DNA from: Candidatus Sericytochromatia bacterium
GTDB lineage: Bacteria > Cyanobacteriota > Sericytochromatia > S15B-MN24 > UBA4093
Length of the DNA: 18,492 bases
Reading direction: 5' to 3'
Assembly: GCA_036676495.1 (NCBI GenBank)
Contig: JAKFCT010000013.1
Location: 1 to 18,492 of the forward strand
Part shown: in pieces, positions 1 to 8,750 of the stretch
How the letters are laid out: every line of letters begins with the position of its first letter
Numbering within the stretch: position 1 is the stretch's first letter
Position numbers and translations under genes: made by a program
Notes under the pieces: model-generated
Database searches by the model: none
Seen by the model: the letters and a program-made list of their open reading frames with translations, nothing else
Told to the model about the DNA's origin: nothing

Positions 1-82
1 CCTGGCTTCCGTCCTCTCGGCCGTCTCCAGGAACCTGGTGTACGCGCTCGACGCGGTTCGCCGTCAAAAGGAAGGCGCCTAG
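1..82 (+). CDS. rplJ: 50S ribosomal protein L10, C-terminal fragment (5'-truncated by window)
   Basis: Frame from nt 2 reads LASVLSAVSRNLVYALDAVRRQKEGA-stop (TAG 80-82), matching the C-terminal L12-binding helix of L10. It lies directly upstream of rplL. Not in the ORF track. Confidence 0.9.
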   Translation, partial: LASVLSAVSRNLVYALDAVRRQKEGA

Positions 83-150
83 CGCCACGTCCCGGCCTCC
101 GGCCTTGGGATTTGTCTGCAACATCATTTGACCGGCCCCGCCGGTTTTTA

Positions 151-158
151 AAAGGAGA
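151..158 (+). promoter_or_regulatory. Shine-Dalgarno site of rplL
   Basis: AAAGGAGA lies 8 nt before the ATG at 167 and is preceded by a U/A-rich stretch. Confidence 0.85.
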
Positions 159-166
159 TTGAATCA

Positions 167-553
<387 letters not shown>

Positions 554-611
554 GATCGGCGGCGCGTCCGGCGCGTCGATTCCTCGACTTCCCGGATGCA
601 CTGAAGCGTGG

Positions 612-644
612 GAGGCCCGGCCATTGGCCGGGCCTCTTGCCTTT
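612..644 (+). terminator. Intrinsic terminator of the rplJL transcript
   Basis: Perfect 11-bp stem GAGGCCCGGCC (612-622)/GGCCGGGCCTC (626-636) with loop ATT, followed by TTGCCTTT (interrupted U tract). Confidence 0.75.
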
Positions 645-671
645 ACAGCCTGTCCCGGCCCCCCGTATAAT
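642..671 (+). promoter_or_regulatory. Sigma70-type promoter for the TPR-barrel-tonB operon
   Basis: TTTACA (642-647), an 18-nt spacer and a consensus TATAAT (666-671) in a high-GC background, about 45 nt upstream of the TPR start. Confidence 0.65.
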
Positions 672-713
672 GAGGCTGCCTGTATTGGCGCCCCCCCGAA
701 CCGCAAAACGAGG

Positions 714-3700
714 ATGGGCCCGTTGTTTACCACCCCTGAGAAACTTCCGAAATTCCTATCCTTGTCCTTGGCGCTTTCCTTCGCCCTCTGGACCGTCCCC
801 GCCACGCCCGTCCTCGCCGCGGAGCTGTCCTGGCGGCGCATCGAGCAGCTCATCGACGCCCGCGCCTACTCGGTCGCGCGCCTGGAGCTCGCCACCCATC
901 TTTCCTCCCTGAAGGGGGACGACCTCCAAGCCGCCCGCTACTGGCTCGGCTTCGTCGAACGCCGTCTCGGCAACCCCGATGGCGCCGAAGCCGCCCTGGC
1001 CAAGGTCTATCCGCGCAGCCTCTATTACCCCAAGGCCCGCCTCGAATTGTCGCGCCTCCTGATCGCCGAGAACCGTATCCCCGAAGGCCTCGACGTCCTC
1101 AAGCGCCTCATCCCCGAACTCACCGGCGAGCAGCGCGACGACGTCCGCCAGACCTACGCCGACCTGCTTTTCGCCCAGGGCAAGATCTTCGAATCCATCG
1201 ACCCGTACCGCGAGCTGGCCGACCGGGGCCTCACGCCCAAGCGCCGCGAGCATGCCGCGTATGCGCTCGGCTGGGCCTACGACAAGCTGGAGAACCCCGC
1301 TCGGGCCATCTGGAGCTGGAAGGAGGCCCTGCGCCTCTACCCAGGAAGCGCGCATGCCACGGCAGCCCGAACGGCGCTCGCCAACCAGTACGTCAAGCTC
1401 GGCAAGCCCCTGCTGGCTTCCGACGTCCTCCGGGGCTTCCCCAAGGAGATCTTCACGGGCGACCTGAAGGCGCGGGCCGAGTACCTGGCCGGCGAGGGCT
1501 ACGCCCAAGGGGGGAACTGGAAGATGGCGATCGTCGCCTACTCCCAGGTTCCCGCCGGCACCAAGTTCAGCGACGAAGCCGCCTACGGCCTGGCTTACGC
1601 TCGCTGGCAAGCCGGAGACGCGACTCGCGCCTCCAAGGACCTCGAGGCCTGGCTCGCATCGAACCCCAAGAGCCCGACGCGTCCCGCGGCCCTCTATGCG
1701 CTCGGTCGGATTCGCGAGGAAGCCGGCAAACTCGACGAGGCCGCCAAGTGGTACGCCCAGGCTGCCGTCCTTCCGGCTGCCGCGCCCGCCGCAGAGGCCC
1801 GAAACCCCTGGGCCGAAGCCGCAATCTACCAGGGTGCCCGTCTGAGCTTCAATCGTGGCCAGCATGCCGAGGCGCTGCGCCTGGCGAAGGCCCTCACCGA
1901 GAAGTACCCGGGCGGCCGCTTCGAGGGGCCCGCGCGCTGGATTGCCGCGGAGTGCCTGCTGGCGCTCAAGCAGTTCGACGCCGCCATCTCGGCCTATGCG
2001 TCGCTTGCCAAGGAAGTCGCCGATCTCGGTTTCCTCGACGCGAAGGGGGACTCGGTCACCTTCCGGCTCGGCCTGGCCCATGTGCGCGCCGGGGACTACA
2101 CCGCCGCCGTCGGCTACCTCGCGCAGGTCGCGGGCAGCCCCCGATACGGGGAGGAAGCCACCTTCTGGATGGCGGAAGCCCTCTACCGCTCGGGCAGCAT
2201 AGAGGAGGCGCGCGACACCTACGAGGCCTTCCTCCAGCGTTACCCCAAATCGGCGCGGGCTGGTTCGGCGGCCTACGGGGCGGCCTGGTGCGCGTACCGA
2301 CAGGAGAAATGGGACGTGGCCCGCGCGGGCTTCAAGCGTGCCGCCTCGCTGCTCGTGAACTCCAGCACCGAGGTCGTGACCCTCAAGCAGGACGCGCTTT
2401 ATCGTCTGGGTGTGCTCTCCGCCAATGCCCATGACTGGTCTGGGGCGCAGAGCGCCTTCAGCCAGCTCCTGAAGCTGAGTCCGGATGCCGAGCAAGCCGC
2501 CGAGGCCCGGTTCCAGGTCACGTACGCTGCTTACCGCATCGGACGCCTGGAAGAGGCCGTCATCGGGCTCGAGGATTTTCTGGCCCAGCACCCCAAGCAC
2601 GCGCGATCGGCCTCAGCACGCTCGACGCTGGGTCAAGCGCTCTTCCGGCTCGGCAAGTTCGAGGCGGCGGTCAGCGCCTTCCAGGGAGTCCTGAGCGATC
2701 CCAACGCCACCCCGGAAGCCCTTCTGGACGCCCGCTCGCGGATCGGCGCTGCCAGCTTCAACGGGGGGGACCTCGACCAGGCCATCGCCACCTACCGGGC
2801 CCTCTTGAAGGATGCCTCGGGATCGGCCGAGGTTCGGGCGCAGATCCTGCAGCCCCTGGCGCAGGCCGAACTCGCTCGCGGCAACCTGTCGGAGGCCCGC
2901 CAGATCGCCTCGGAAGAGGCCTCCGGCTCCCTCTGGAGCGGAGATATCCTGGGCAAGGTCGGCCAGGCCTTCCTCGACAAGGGGCAGCCCAAGGATGCCT
3001 TGCTGGCGCTGGAGGCGATCCCCACGCCCACCCTCGAACAGCGTTACCTGCTTTACAAGGCGCGCAAGGCCGGCGGGGACCTCAATGGGGCCCTGGCGCT
3101 CCTCAAGACGATCGCTGCGGAGCCCGGTCCCCAGCAGCCCTCGTGGCTTTACGAGCTGGGAGAAGCGCAGGCCGATCGCGGCAACTTGGACGAAGCCAAG
3201 GCGGCGTGGGATGACCTGGCCAAGCGTCATCCCGGTCATGCGTTGGCCTCTAAGGCCCAGGTGAACCTGGCCCAGGCCTATCTGAAGGCGGGTCAGGAGA
3301 AGACGGCGCTGACGACCTACGAGCTGATCGCCAAGCGTTTCGCCGCGGATACCCCCCTGGCGCGAGCCGCCTGGATGCGGATCGGGCAGCTTCGCCTCAA
3401 GCACGGGCAGCACTCCGAGGCCGCTCATGCCTACCGTCAGGCCGAGCGACTCAGCGAGAAGGGCTCGGGACCGGCGGTGCAGGCGCGCTACTGGCTGGGG
3501 TATACCATGGTGGCCTCCAAGCGTTACGAGGATGCCGTCAAGGAGCTGCAGTCGCTCAGCGTTTCTCCCGAAGCGGGGCTGGAGTGGCAAGCGCTCGCCT
3601 GGCTCAAGCAGGGTGAAGCCCTCGAGCAGTTGCGCCGGTGGAAGGAGGCCGAGAAGGTGTACGAAAAGCTCATCGCCGCCGCGGGGCTTCCCGCCACCGA

Positions 3701-3764
3701 GAAGCGGGAGGCCAAGGCGCGCCTGGACTGGATTGCCAAGAACGTCAACGGGAGGCGGCCATGA
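714..3764 (+). CDS. Large exported tetratricopeptide-repeat protein (~1015 aa; CpoB/BamD-like TPR units)
   Basis: Start is ATG 714 or TTG 723 (GAGG SD at 710-713); the ORF-track start at 450 overlaps rplL and is rejected. Sec-type signal peptide KLPKFLSLSLALSFALWTVPATPVLA-AE. The remainder is helical repeats (ARYWLG, AAYALGWAY, ALYALG, ATFWMAEALY, ALYRLG) with YPxS-type loops (LRLYPGS, EKYPGG, QRYPKS, QHPKH, RHPGH). Confidence 0.9.
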   Translation: MGPLFTTPEKLPKFLSLSLALSFALWTVPATPVLAAELSWRRIEQLIDARAYSVARLELATHLSSLKGDDLQAARYWLGFVERRLGNPDGAEAALAKVYPRSLYYPKARLELSRLLIAENRIPEGLDVLKRLIPELTGEQRDDVRQTYADLLFAQGKIFESIDPYRELADRGLTPKRREHAAYALGWAYDKLENPARAIWSWKEALRLYPGSAHATAARTALANQYVKLGKPLLASDVLRGFPKEIFTGDLKARAEYLAGEGYAQGGNWKMAIVAYSQVPAGTKFSDEAAYGLAYARWQAGDATRASKDLEAWLASNPKSPTRPAALYALGRIREEAGKLDEAAKWYAQAAVLPAAAPAAEARNPWAEAAIYQGARLSFNRGQHAEALRLAKALTEKYPGGRFEGPARWIAAECLLALKQFDAAISAYASLAKEVADLGFLDAKGDSVTFRLGLAHVRAGDYTAAVGYLAQVAGSPRYGEEATFWMAEALYRSGSIEEARDTYEAFLQRYPKSARAGSAAYGAAWCAYRQEKWDVARAGFKRAASLLVNSSTEVVTLKQDALYRLGVLSANAHDWSGAQSAFSQLLKLSPDAEQAAEARFQVTYAAYRIGRLEEAVIGLEDFLAQHPKHARSASARSTLGQALFRLGKFEAAVSAFQGVLSDPNATPEALLDARSRIGAASFNGGDLDQAIATYRALLKDASGSAEVRAQILQPLAQAELARGNLSEARQIASEEASGSLWSGDILGKVGQAFLDKGQPKDALLALEAIPTPTLEQRYLLYKARKAGGDLNGALALLKTIAAEPGPQQPSWLYELGEAQADRGNLDEAKAAWDDLAKRHPGHALASKAQVNLAQAYLKAGQEKTALTTYELIAKRFAADTPLARAAWMRIGQLRLKHGQHSEAAHAYRQAERLSEKGSGPAVQARYWLGYTMVASKRYEDAVKELQSLSVSPEAGLEWQALAWLKQGEALEQLRRWKEAEKVYEKLIAAAGLPATEKREAKARLDWIAKNVNGRRP

Positions 3765-5407
3765 GGATCGCGCATCGCCTGAGCGCGGCGCTCGGCCTTT
3801 CCCTGTCGCTTCTGGTCGTACCCGGACTTCCGGCGTGGGCGCAAGGCGCGGCCGAGGCGGACAAACCGATTTCTCCGAAAGCGCCCGCCAAGACGCAGGC
3901 CGAGCCGCGCGCTGCCGAAAAGTCGGTGGACAAGCTTCCGGTGGACCTGCCTTCGGTCATCATCCGGGGCGAGGACGAGACGGCGGCTCCCCTGAAGGGC
4001 GGAGTCAAGGTGACCCCGCTCGACCCCAAGGCTCCCCTCTCCGAGTTGCCGGCGGCGCCCAGCGCCAAGGCTCCCGGCGCGCTCGAGCTGGCGATCGAGA
4101 ACCTCTTGCCCAACCTGACTCCCCCGCCGGAGAGCATGCCTTTGCCGCGGAAGGACTGGACCGAGCTTCAGCTCGGCCTGGGCGGCCTCTACGAACTGGG
4201 CCTCTTCCATGGCCGCGAGATCGCGGGAGCCGTGACCGAGAGCCAGCTCGCCATCGATTCGGCCATGCCCTGGATGCGCGCGCGCCTCGGGATCGACGCG
4301 ACCTGGAACCTCGCCACGGCGGGCCTGGGCGTCCGCCACTACCAGGAAGACCGCGCGCCCGGCGAGCGCCTCATGATCCAAAGCATGGACCTGGGGGGCA
4401 ACTGGCAACGTGATGACTTGTTGACCGAGGGCTCGCTCGAGTTCGGTCGGGTCGTCGTGCCAGCCACCACCGGGAACGGCCGCGCGCCGGACGGGGATAC
4501 CTGGACCCGCGCCGTCGTGGCCGGAGCGCTCTGGAAGCCCCAGATTCACCCGGATCACGTCTCGGAGCTCTCGGCTTCGCTCGGCCATCGCGAGACGGAG
4601 CGCCGCTCGGATCCGACGGTATACCTCCGGGCCTTCGATCACTGGACTCTGAACCCCAAGTGGAGCGTGGAGGCCGGCCTGGGGGGAGGTCTCTTCGTGG
4701 GGATGCCCGTCCTGGACCCCTTGGCGCGTTTGAGCTATCGTCCCGACGACCCGACGGAGATCAGCGTCGGCCTCACCAGCGGCAGTGAGATGCCGGGATT
4801 CGAGAGCCTCTACCTCTCGCGCCGGTTGTCGGAGGGCAATGGCGGCCTCTTGCCGCAGCGCTCGACGATCATCGCGAGCCTCAGCGGGTCCCATCGCCTC
4901 AACGACCTCTGGTACGCCACGGCCGAGCTGGGTTACCAGCAGATCGATCGGTTCATCTTCTGGGAGGATGGCAACCAGGACGGCCTCTGGAGACCCGTGA
5001 ACACGGCCCTGGGCGCGGCCCAGGACGTCTGGAACGCGCAGTTCTCGGCCCGCTACCAGATCGGCATGACGGGTTCGCAGCGCTTCCATTACCGGATCCG
5101 GTCGGCGCAGCCGCTGGGCCTGGTGGTGCAGGAAGCCGGAGCGGTCCACCAGCGGACGCTGATCCCGGATCGGCTGACCATGGAGGCGGGGGCGGCGATC
5201 GCCCTCGACCAGCTCGGCGCCGCCCAGGCCGTTTCCGCGAGCTCGGGCTGGCAGATCCTCGCCAACGCCGGGTTGAACTACCGCCTCAACGAGCGCATCG
5301 GCCTCTACGCCAAGCTTCAGGACCTGCCGCTCGCGGTGCGTCCGCCGAGCCCCAATTACTACGCCCCCTTCGGCCTCGCGCTCATCGGGGCGACGGTGGA
5401 GTTCTAG
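3761..5407 (+). CDS. Outer-membrane beta-barrel protein, TonB-dependent-receptor-like (548 aa), apparently lacking a plug domain
   Basis: ATG 3761 overlaps the TPR stop (ATGA) and has a GGAGG SD. Signal peptide ends AWA-Q. TonB-box-like DLPSVIIRG, about 22 amphipathic strands by eye, TBDR-like motifs MPGFESLY...GNGGLLPQRS and LNYRLNERIGLYAKLQDL, and C-terminal Phe (GATVEF). Confidence 0.75.
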   Translation: MRIAHRLSAALGLSLSLLVVPGLPAWAQGAAEADKPISPKAPAKTQAEPRAAEKSVDKLPVDLPSVIIRGEDETAAPLKGGVKVTPLDPKAPLSELPAAPSAKAPGALELAIENLLPNLTPPPESMPLPRKDWTELQLGLGGLYELGLFHGREIAGAVTESQLAIDSAMPWMRARLGIDATWNLATAGLGVRHYQEDRAPGERLMIQSMDLGGNWQRDDLLTEGSLEFGRVVVPATTGNGRAPDGDTWTRAVVAGALWKPQIHPDHVSELSASLGHRETERRSDPTVYLRAFDHWTLNPKWSVEAGLGGGLFVGMPVLDPLARLSYRPDDPTEISVGLTSGSEMPGFESLYLSRRLSEGNGGLLPQRSTIIASLSGSHRLNDLWYATAELGYQQIDRFIFWEDGNQDGLWRPVNTALGAAQDVWNAQFSARYQIGMTGSQRFHYRIRSAQPLGLVVQEAGAVHQRTLIPDRLTMEAGAAIALDQLGAAQAVSASSGWQILANAGLNYRLNERIGLYAKLQDLPLAVRPPSPNYYAPFGLALIGATVEF

Positions 5408-6166
5408 ATGTCCGAACGCCCGATTAGCCTGACGGCCTCCGTGGCCCTTCACGCCCTCCTCTTGCTCGTGGGCATCTTCACCTGGCAGACGACGGTCGAG
5501 GAGCCCATCAGCGAGCCCGTGGAACTGGTCGACCTGCCCTGGACGGCGCCCGGTGCCGGCGAGAGCGATCGCCCCGCCCCCGGCAAGCCGCGTCCCCAGA
5601 GTCAGGCCGTCCCCAAGCCGGAGGCCCCGGCGCCGCGCGAGCGCATCGACACTCCGACGAAGGCGGCCGTCACGCAGGCCCCCAAGGTCAAGACTCCGGC
5701 CAAGACGGAGCCCAAGCCCGACCTCGACGCCCTCCTCGAGGAGCGCCTCAAGGATCGTCAGGAAAAGGAAGCCAAGCGCCTCGGCGAGCTGGCGTCGAGC
5801 GACCTCAGCTCGGTGGTCGGCACCGGCAAGGCCCCGGAATCCGGTGGCCCCTTGCAGGAAGGCTCGGTCAACTCCGGGAGCGGCATGCGCGGAGAGCTGG
5901 GCAAGCGCGGCATCCTCACGAAGGTCCATCCCGAGTACCCGTCCTTCGCCAAGCGCCAGGGAATCGAGGCCGACGTCACCCTCCGGGTCTGGGTCAGCCC
6001 CCGCGGCGGCGTGAGCCGGGTGGAGGTGGTCAAGCTCTCGGGGACCCCGGAGCTGGATCGCCGGGCCATGGAGGCGCTCAAGCAGTGGAAGTTCGCGCCC
6101 CTGCCGGATGAGATCGAGCCCGTCACCCAGTGGGGGGAGATCACCCTTCACTACCGCCTGGATTAG
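5408..6166 (+). CDS. tonB: Energy transducer TonB family protein
   Basis: N-terminal TM helix with S-x3-H (TASVALHALLLL), Pro/Lys-rich spacer, and TonB C-terminal domain PEYPSFAKRQGIEADVTLRVWV...SGTPELDRRAMEALKQWKFAP. The ATG directly follows the upstream TAG. Confidence 0.92.
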   Translation: MSERPISLTASVALHALLLLVGIFTWQTTVEEPISEPVELVDLPWTAPGAGESDRPAPGKPRPQSQAVPKPEAPAPRERIDTPTKAAVTQAPKVKTPAKTEPKPDLDALLEERLKDRQEKEAKRLGELASSDLSSVVGTGKAPESGGPLQEGSVNSGSGMRGELGKRGILTKVHPEYPSFAKRQGIEADVTLRVWVSPRGGVSRVEVVKLSGTPELDRRAMEALKQWKFAPLPDEIEPVTQWGEITLHYRLD

Positions 6167-6226
6167 CGCGGGCCGACGGTTCGGCTCCTGAAGAATCGGA
6201 TTGCCCTTTAGGGTATAAGGCCTTTG

Positions 6227-8194
6227 ATGAAAGACACCGTTCAGCACCTCCTCTATACGTCCAGCGCCAACCTCAACCTCGATATCCTGCGCTCGCTCGA
6301 GGAGCGGGGTATCACCTGGCGGGTCATCGACCACCTGGGCGAAATCAGCGAGGATGCGAGCTATGGCCCGAAGATCCTCCTGCTCGATCGACACTTGATC
6401 CAGCAGCATACTCCCAATGACCTTCATCGCCTCCAGGAGGACTGGGGGCCGGACGGGGTCTTCGTCTGCTCCTACCCCGAGGGTGAGGATCCGCCGCATG
6501 TCCCGGACGACCTGCTCTGGGGCTTTCTGCGCGAGCCCTATCACGGTCAGGCGTTCACCAAGTTCGTCAACAACGCCTTCCTCTTCATCCTCGGTCAGAT
6601 GGAGAACGAACGCTCGCGGGCCGAGATCAAGGACTATGCCATCAAGCTCCAGGAGCTCAACCGGATCGGTATCGCCCTCTCCTCGGAGCGCGAGCCGGAG
6701 CGCCTGCTGGAGCTGATCCTCTCCAAGAGCCGGGAGATCACCAACTCCGATGCCGGCAGCCTCTTCCTGGTCGAGACCACGCCAGACCAGGATAAGCGCC
6801 TGCGCTTCAAGCTGACCCAGAACGACTCGGTCCCCTTCGAGTTCACGGAGATCACGCTGCCCATCCGGACGTCGAGCCTGGTGGGCTACGTGGCCCTCAC
6901 GGGCCAGGCGCTGAACCTTCCGGACGTCTACGAGATTCCCCGGGATGCGGAATACGGTTTCGACCAATCTTTCGACCGGAGGACCGGCTACCGGACTCGC
7001 TCGGTGCTCACCATCCCGATGAAGAACCGCAACGACGAGACCATCGCCGTGCTGCAGCTCATCAACCGCAAGCGCCGCCGAGATCTGCGTTTGACGGATG
7101 CGCGGCTCGCCACGAGCGGAGTCGTTCCGTTCGACGCGATGTCGGAAGAGCTGGCCAGCTCCCTGGCGAGCCAGGCGGCCGTCTCGATCGAGAACAACAT
7201 CCTCTACCAGAGCATCGAGGGCCTCTTCGAGGGCTTCGTGAACGCGTCGGTCACCGCGATCGAGTCGCGCGATCCGACCACCTCGGGCCACTCCGCCCGG
7301 GTCGCCAGCCTGGCGGTGGCGCTCGCGGAGGAGGTCGACCGCCTCGACGCGGGCCCGTTCCGGGAGCTGCGCTTCAGCCGCGAGCAGATCCGGGAGCTGC
7401 GCTACGCATGCCTGCTGCACGACCTCGGGAAGGTCGGCGTGCGCGAGCAGGTCCTGGTGAAGGCCAAGAAGCTCTACCCCCATGCGCAGGAGCTGATCAA
7501 GGCCCGCTTCGACTTCGTCAAGAAGGCGCTGGAAGCCGAGTTCACGGGCAAGAAATTGAGCTTCCTGCTGGAGCATGGGCGGGAGCGTTACCTCGAGTCT
7601 CTGGGGATCTTCGATGCGGACCTGCGCGCCGAGCTGGAGGCCATCGACGACGCCTGGACCACCATCCTGTCCGCGAACGAGCCGACGGTCCTCGAGGAGG
7701 GAAGCTTCCTGCAACTGCTCGAGATCGCGCAGCGCAGCTACCGGGATATCGACGGGCATACCTGCAACCTGTTGACGCCGTCGGAGGTGAAGCAGCTCTC
7801 GGTGCGCCGTGGCAGCCTGGACGAGGACGAGCGGCTGGAGATCGAGAGCCACGTCACGCATACCTTCCGGTTCCTCGCCCAGATTCCCTGGACCCGGGAT
7901 CTGGCGAAGGTGCCCGAGATTGCCTACATGCATCACGAGAAGCTGAACGGGAAGGGGTATCCCAACCGTTTGCCTGGGCCGGCGATTCCGGTCCAGTCGA
8001 AGATGATGGCGATCGCCGACATCTACGATGCCCTCACGGCGAGCGATCGCCCCTACAAGAAAGCCGTCCCACTCGCCAAGGCCCTGGATATCCTGCGCTT
8101 CGAAGCTCGCGACCAGCACATCGACCATGAGCTGCTCACGATCTTCATCGAGCACCGGATCTTCGAGCGGGGCCGCGTCCTGAATCCGTCCTGA
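6227..8194 (+). CDS. GAF- and HD-GYP-domain cyclic-dinucleotide phosphodiesterase with a degenerate receiver-like N-terminus
   Basis: Start is ATG 6227 or TTG 6224. GAF region DAGSLFL...FDRRTGYRTRSVLTIPMKN...VLQLINRK. HD-GYP motifs ESRDPTTSGHSARV, LLHDLGKVGV, HHEKLNGKGYP and IADIYDALTASDRPYKK. Confidence 0.92.
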   Translation: MKDTVQHLLYTSSANLNLDILRSLEERGITWRVIDHLGEISEDASYGPKILLLDRHLIQQHTPNDLHRLQEDWGPDGVFVCSYPEGEDPPHVPDDLLWGFLREPYHGQAFTKFVNNAFLFILGQMENERSRAEIKDYAIKLQELNRIGIALSSEREPERLLELILSKSREITNSDAGSLFLVETTPDQDKRLRFKLTQNDSVPFEFTEITLPIRTSSLVGYVALTGQALNLPDVYEIPRDAEYGFDQSFDRRTGYRTRSVLTIPMKNRNDETIAVLQLINRKRRRDLRLTDARLATSGVVPFDAMSEELASSLASQAAVSIENNILYQSIEGLFEGFVNASVTAIESRDPTTSGHSARVASLAVALAEEVDRLDAGPFRELRFSREQIRELRYACLLHDLGKVGVREQVLVKAKKLYPHAQELIKARFDFVKKALEAEFTGKKLSFLLEHGRERYLESLGIFDADLRAELEAIDDAWTTILSANEPTVLEEGSFLQLLEIAQRSYRDIDGHTCNLLTPSEVKQLSVRRGSLDEDERLEIESHVTHTFRFLAQIPWTRDLAKVPEIAYMHHEKLNGKGYPNRLPGPAIPVQSKMMAIADIYDALTASDRPYKKAVPLAKALDILRFEARDQHIDHELLTIFIEHRIFERGRVLNPS

Positions 8195-8195
8195 C

Positions 8196-8750
8196 ATGGC
8201 TGCTGCGACCGACGCCGCCATCTACCGGGCCTGCGAGGCCATCGGGGCCATGATGGAAGTCTGGGGCTTCAAGCGGGTCATGGGCATGGTCTGGGCTTAC
8301 CTCTACCTCAGCGATCGGCCCATGTCGGCGCAGGAGATCCGCGAAGGCCTCGGCATCAGCGCGGGCCTGGTCTCGATGGTCATCAACGACCTGGAGCGCT
8401 GGGGGGTGGTCCACAAGTGCACCACCCCCGGGGAGCGGCGGGAGTACTACGAGGCCGAGGCCGATATCTGGAGCCCCATCGCCAAGGTCCTGCGCGAGCG
8501 CGAGATGCAGCAGATGCAGGAGACGCTCGACCAGATGCGCGCCGCGCGCGACGTCGTGAACCGGGAAGTCCCCTCCCGGCGCCTCGATGAGCTCATCGCC
8601 GCCGGAGAGCTCACCCACCAGCTGCTCGACCAGTTCATCAACCTGGGAGTCCTCGACGTGCGCGACATCCGCTCCGTCGGGCTGGGTGTCGGCCTCACCC
8701 GGACCATGTTCCAGCTCAAGCAGCTGGGATCGCGCTCCGATTCCCGCTAG
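8196..8750 (+). CDS. GbsR/MarR-family winged-helix transcriptional regulator
   Basis: WGFKRVMGMVWAYLYLSDRPMSAQEIREGLGISAGLVSMVINDLERWGVV followed by wing GERREYYEAEADIW, typical of GbsR/OpcR-type proteins. Starts 1 nt after the HD-GYP stop. Confidence 0.88.
   Translation: MAAATDAAIYRACEAIGAMMEVWGFKRVMGMVWAYLYLSDRPMSAQEIREGLGISAGLVSMVINDLERWGVVHKCTTPGERREYYEAEADIWSPIAKVLREREMQQMQETLDQMRAARDVVNREVPSRRLDELIAAGELTHQLLDQFINLGVLDVRDIRSVGLGVGLTRTMFQLKQLGSRSDSR

Noticed and set aside
561-577. Direct repeat GGCGCGTC x2 after rplL
   Set aside because: It is only two 8-bp GC-rich copies, expected by chance, and is not CRISPR- or REP-like.
756-3590. Long minus-strand ORFs (614 aa, 325 aa) opposite the TPR gene
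   Set aside because: These are the same antisense codon-bias artefact.
3524-8221. 1565-aa ORF on the minus strand
   Set aside because: It is an antisense shadow of four well-supported plus-strand genes. High GC3 codon bias removes stops in this frame, and it has no recognisable motifs.
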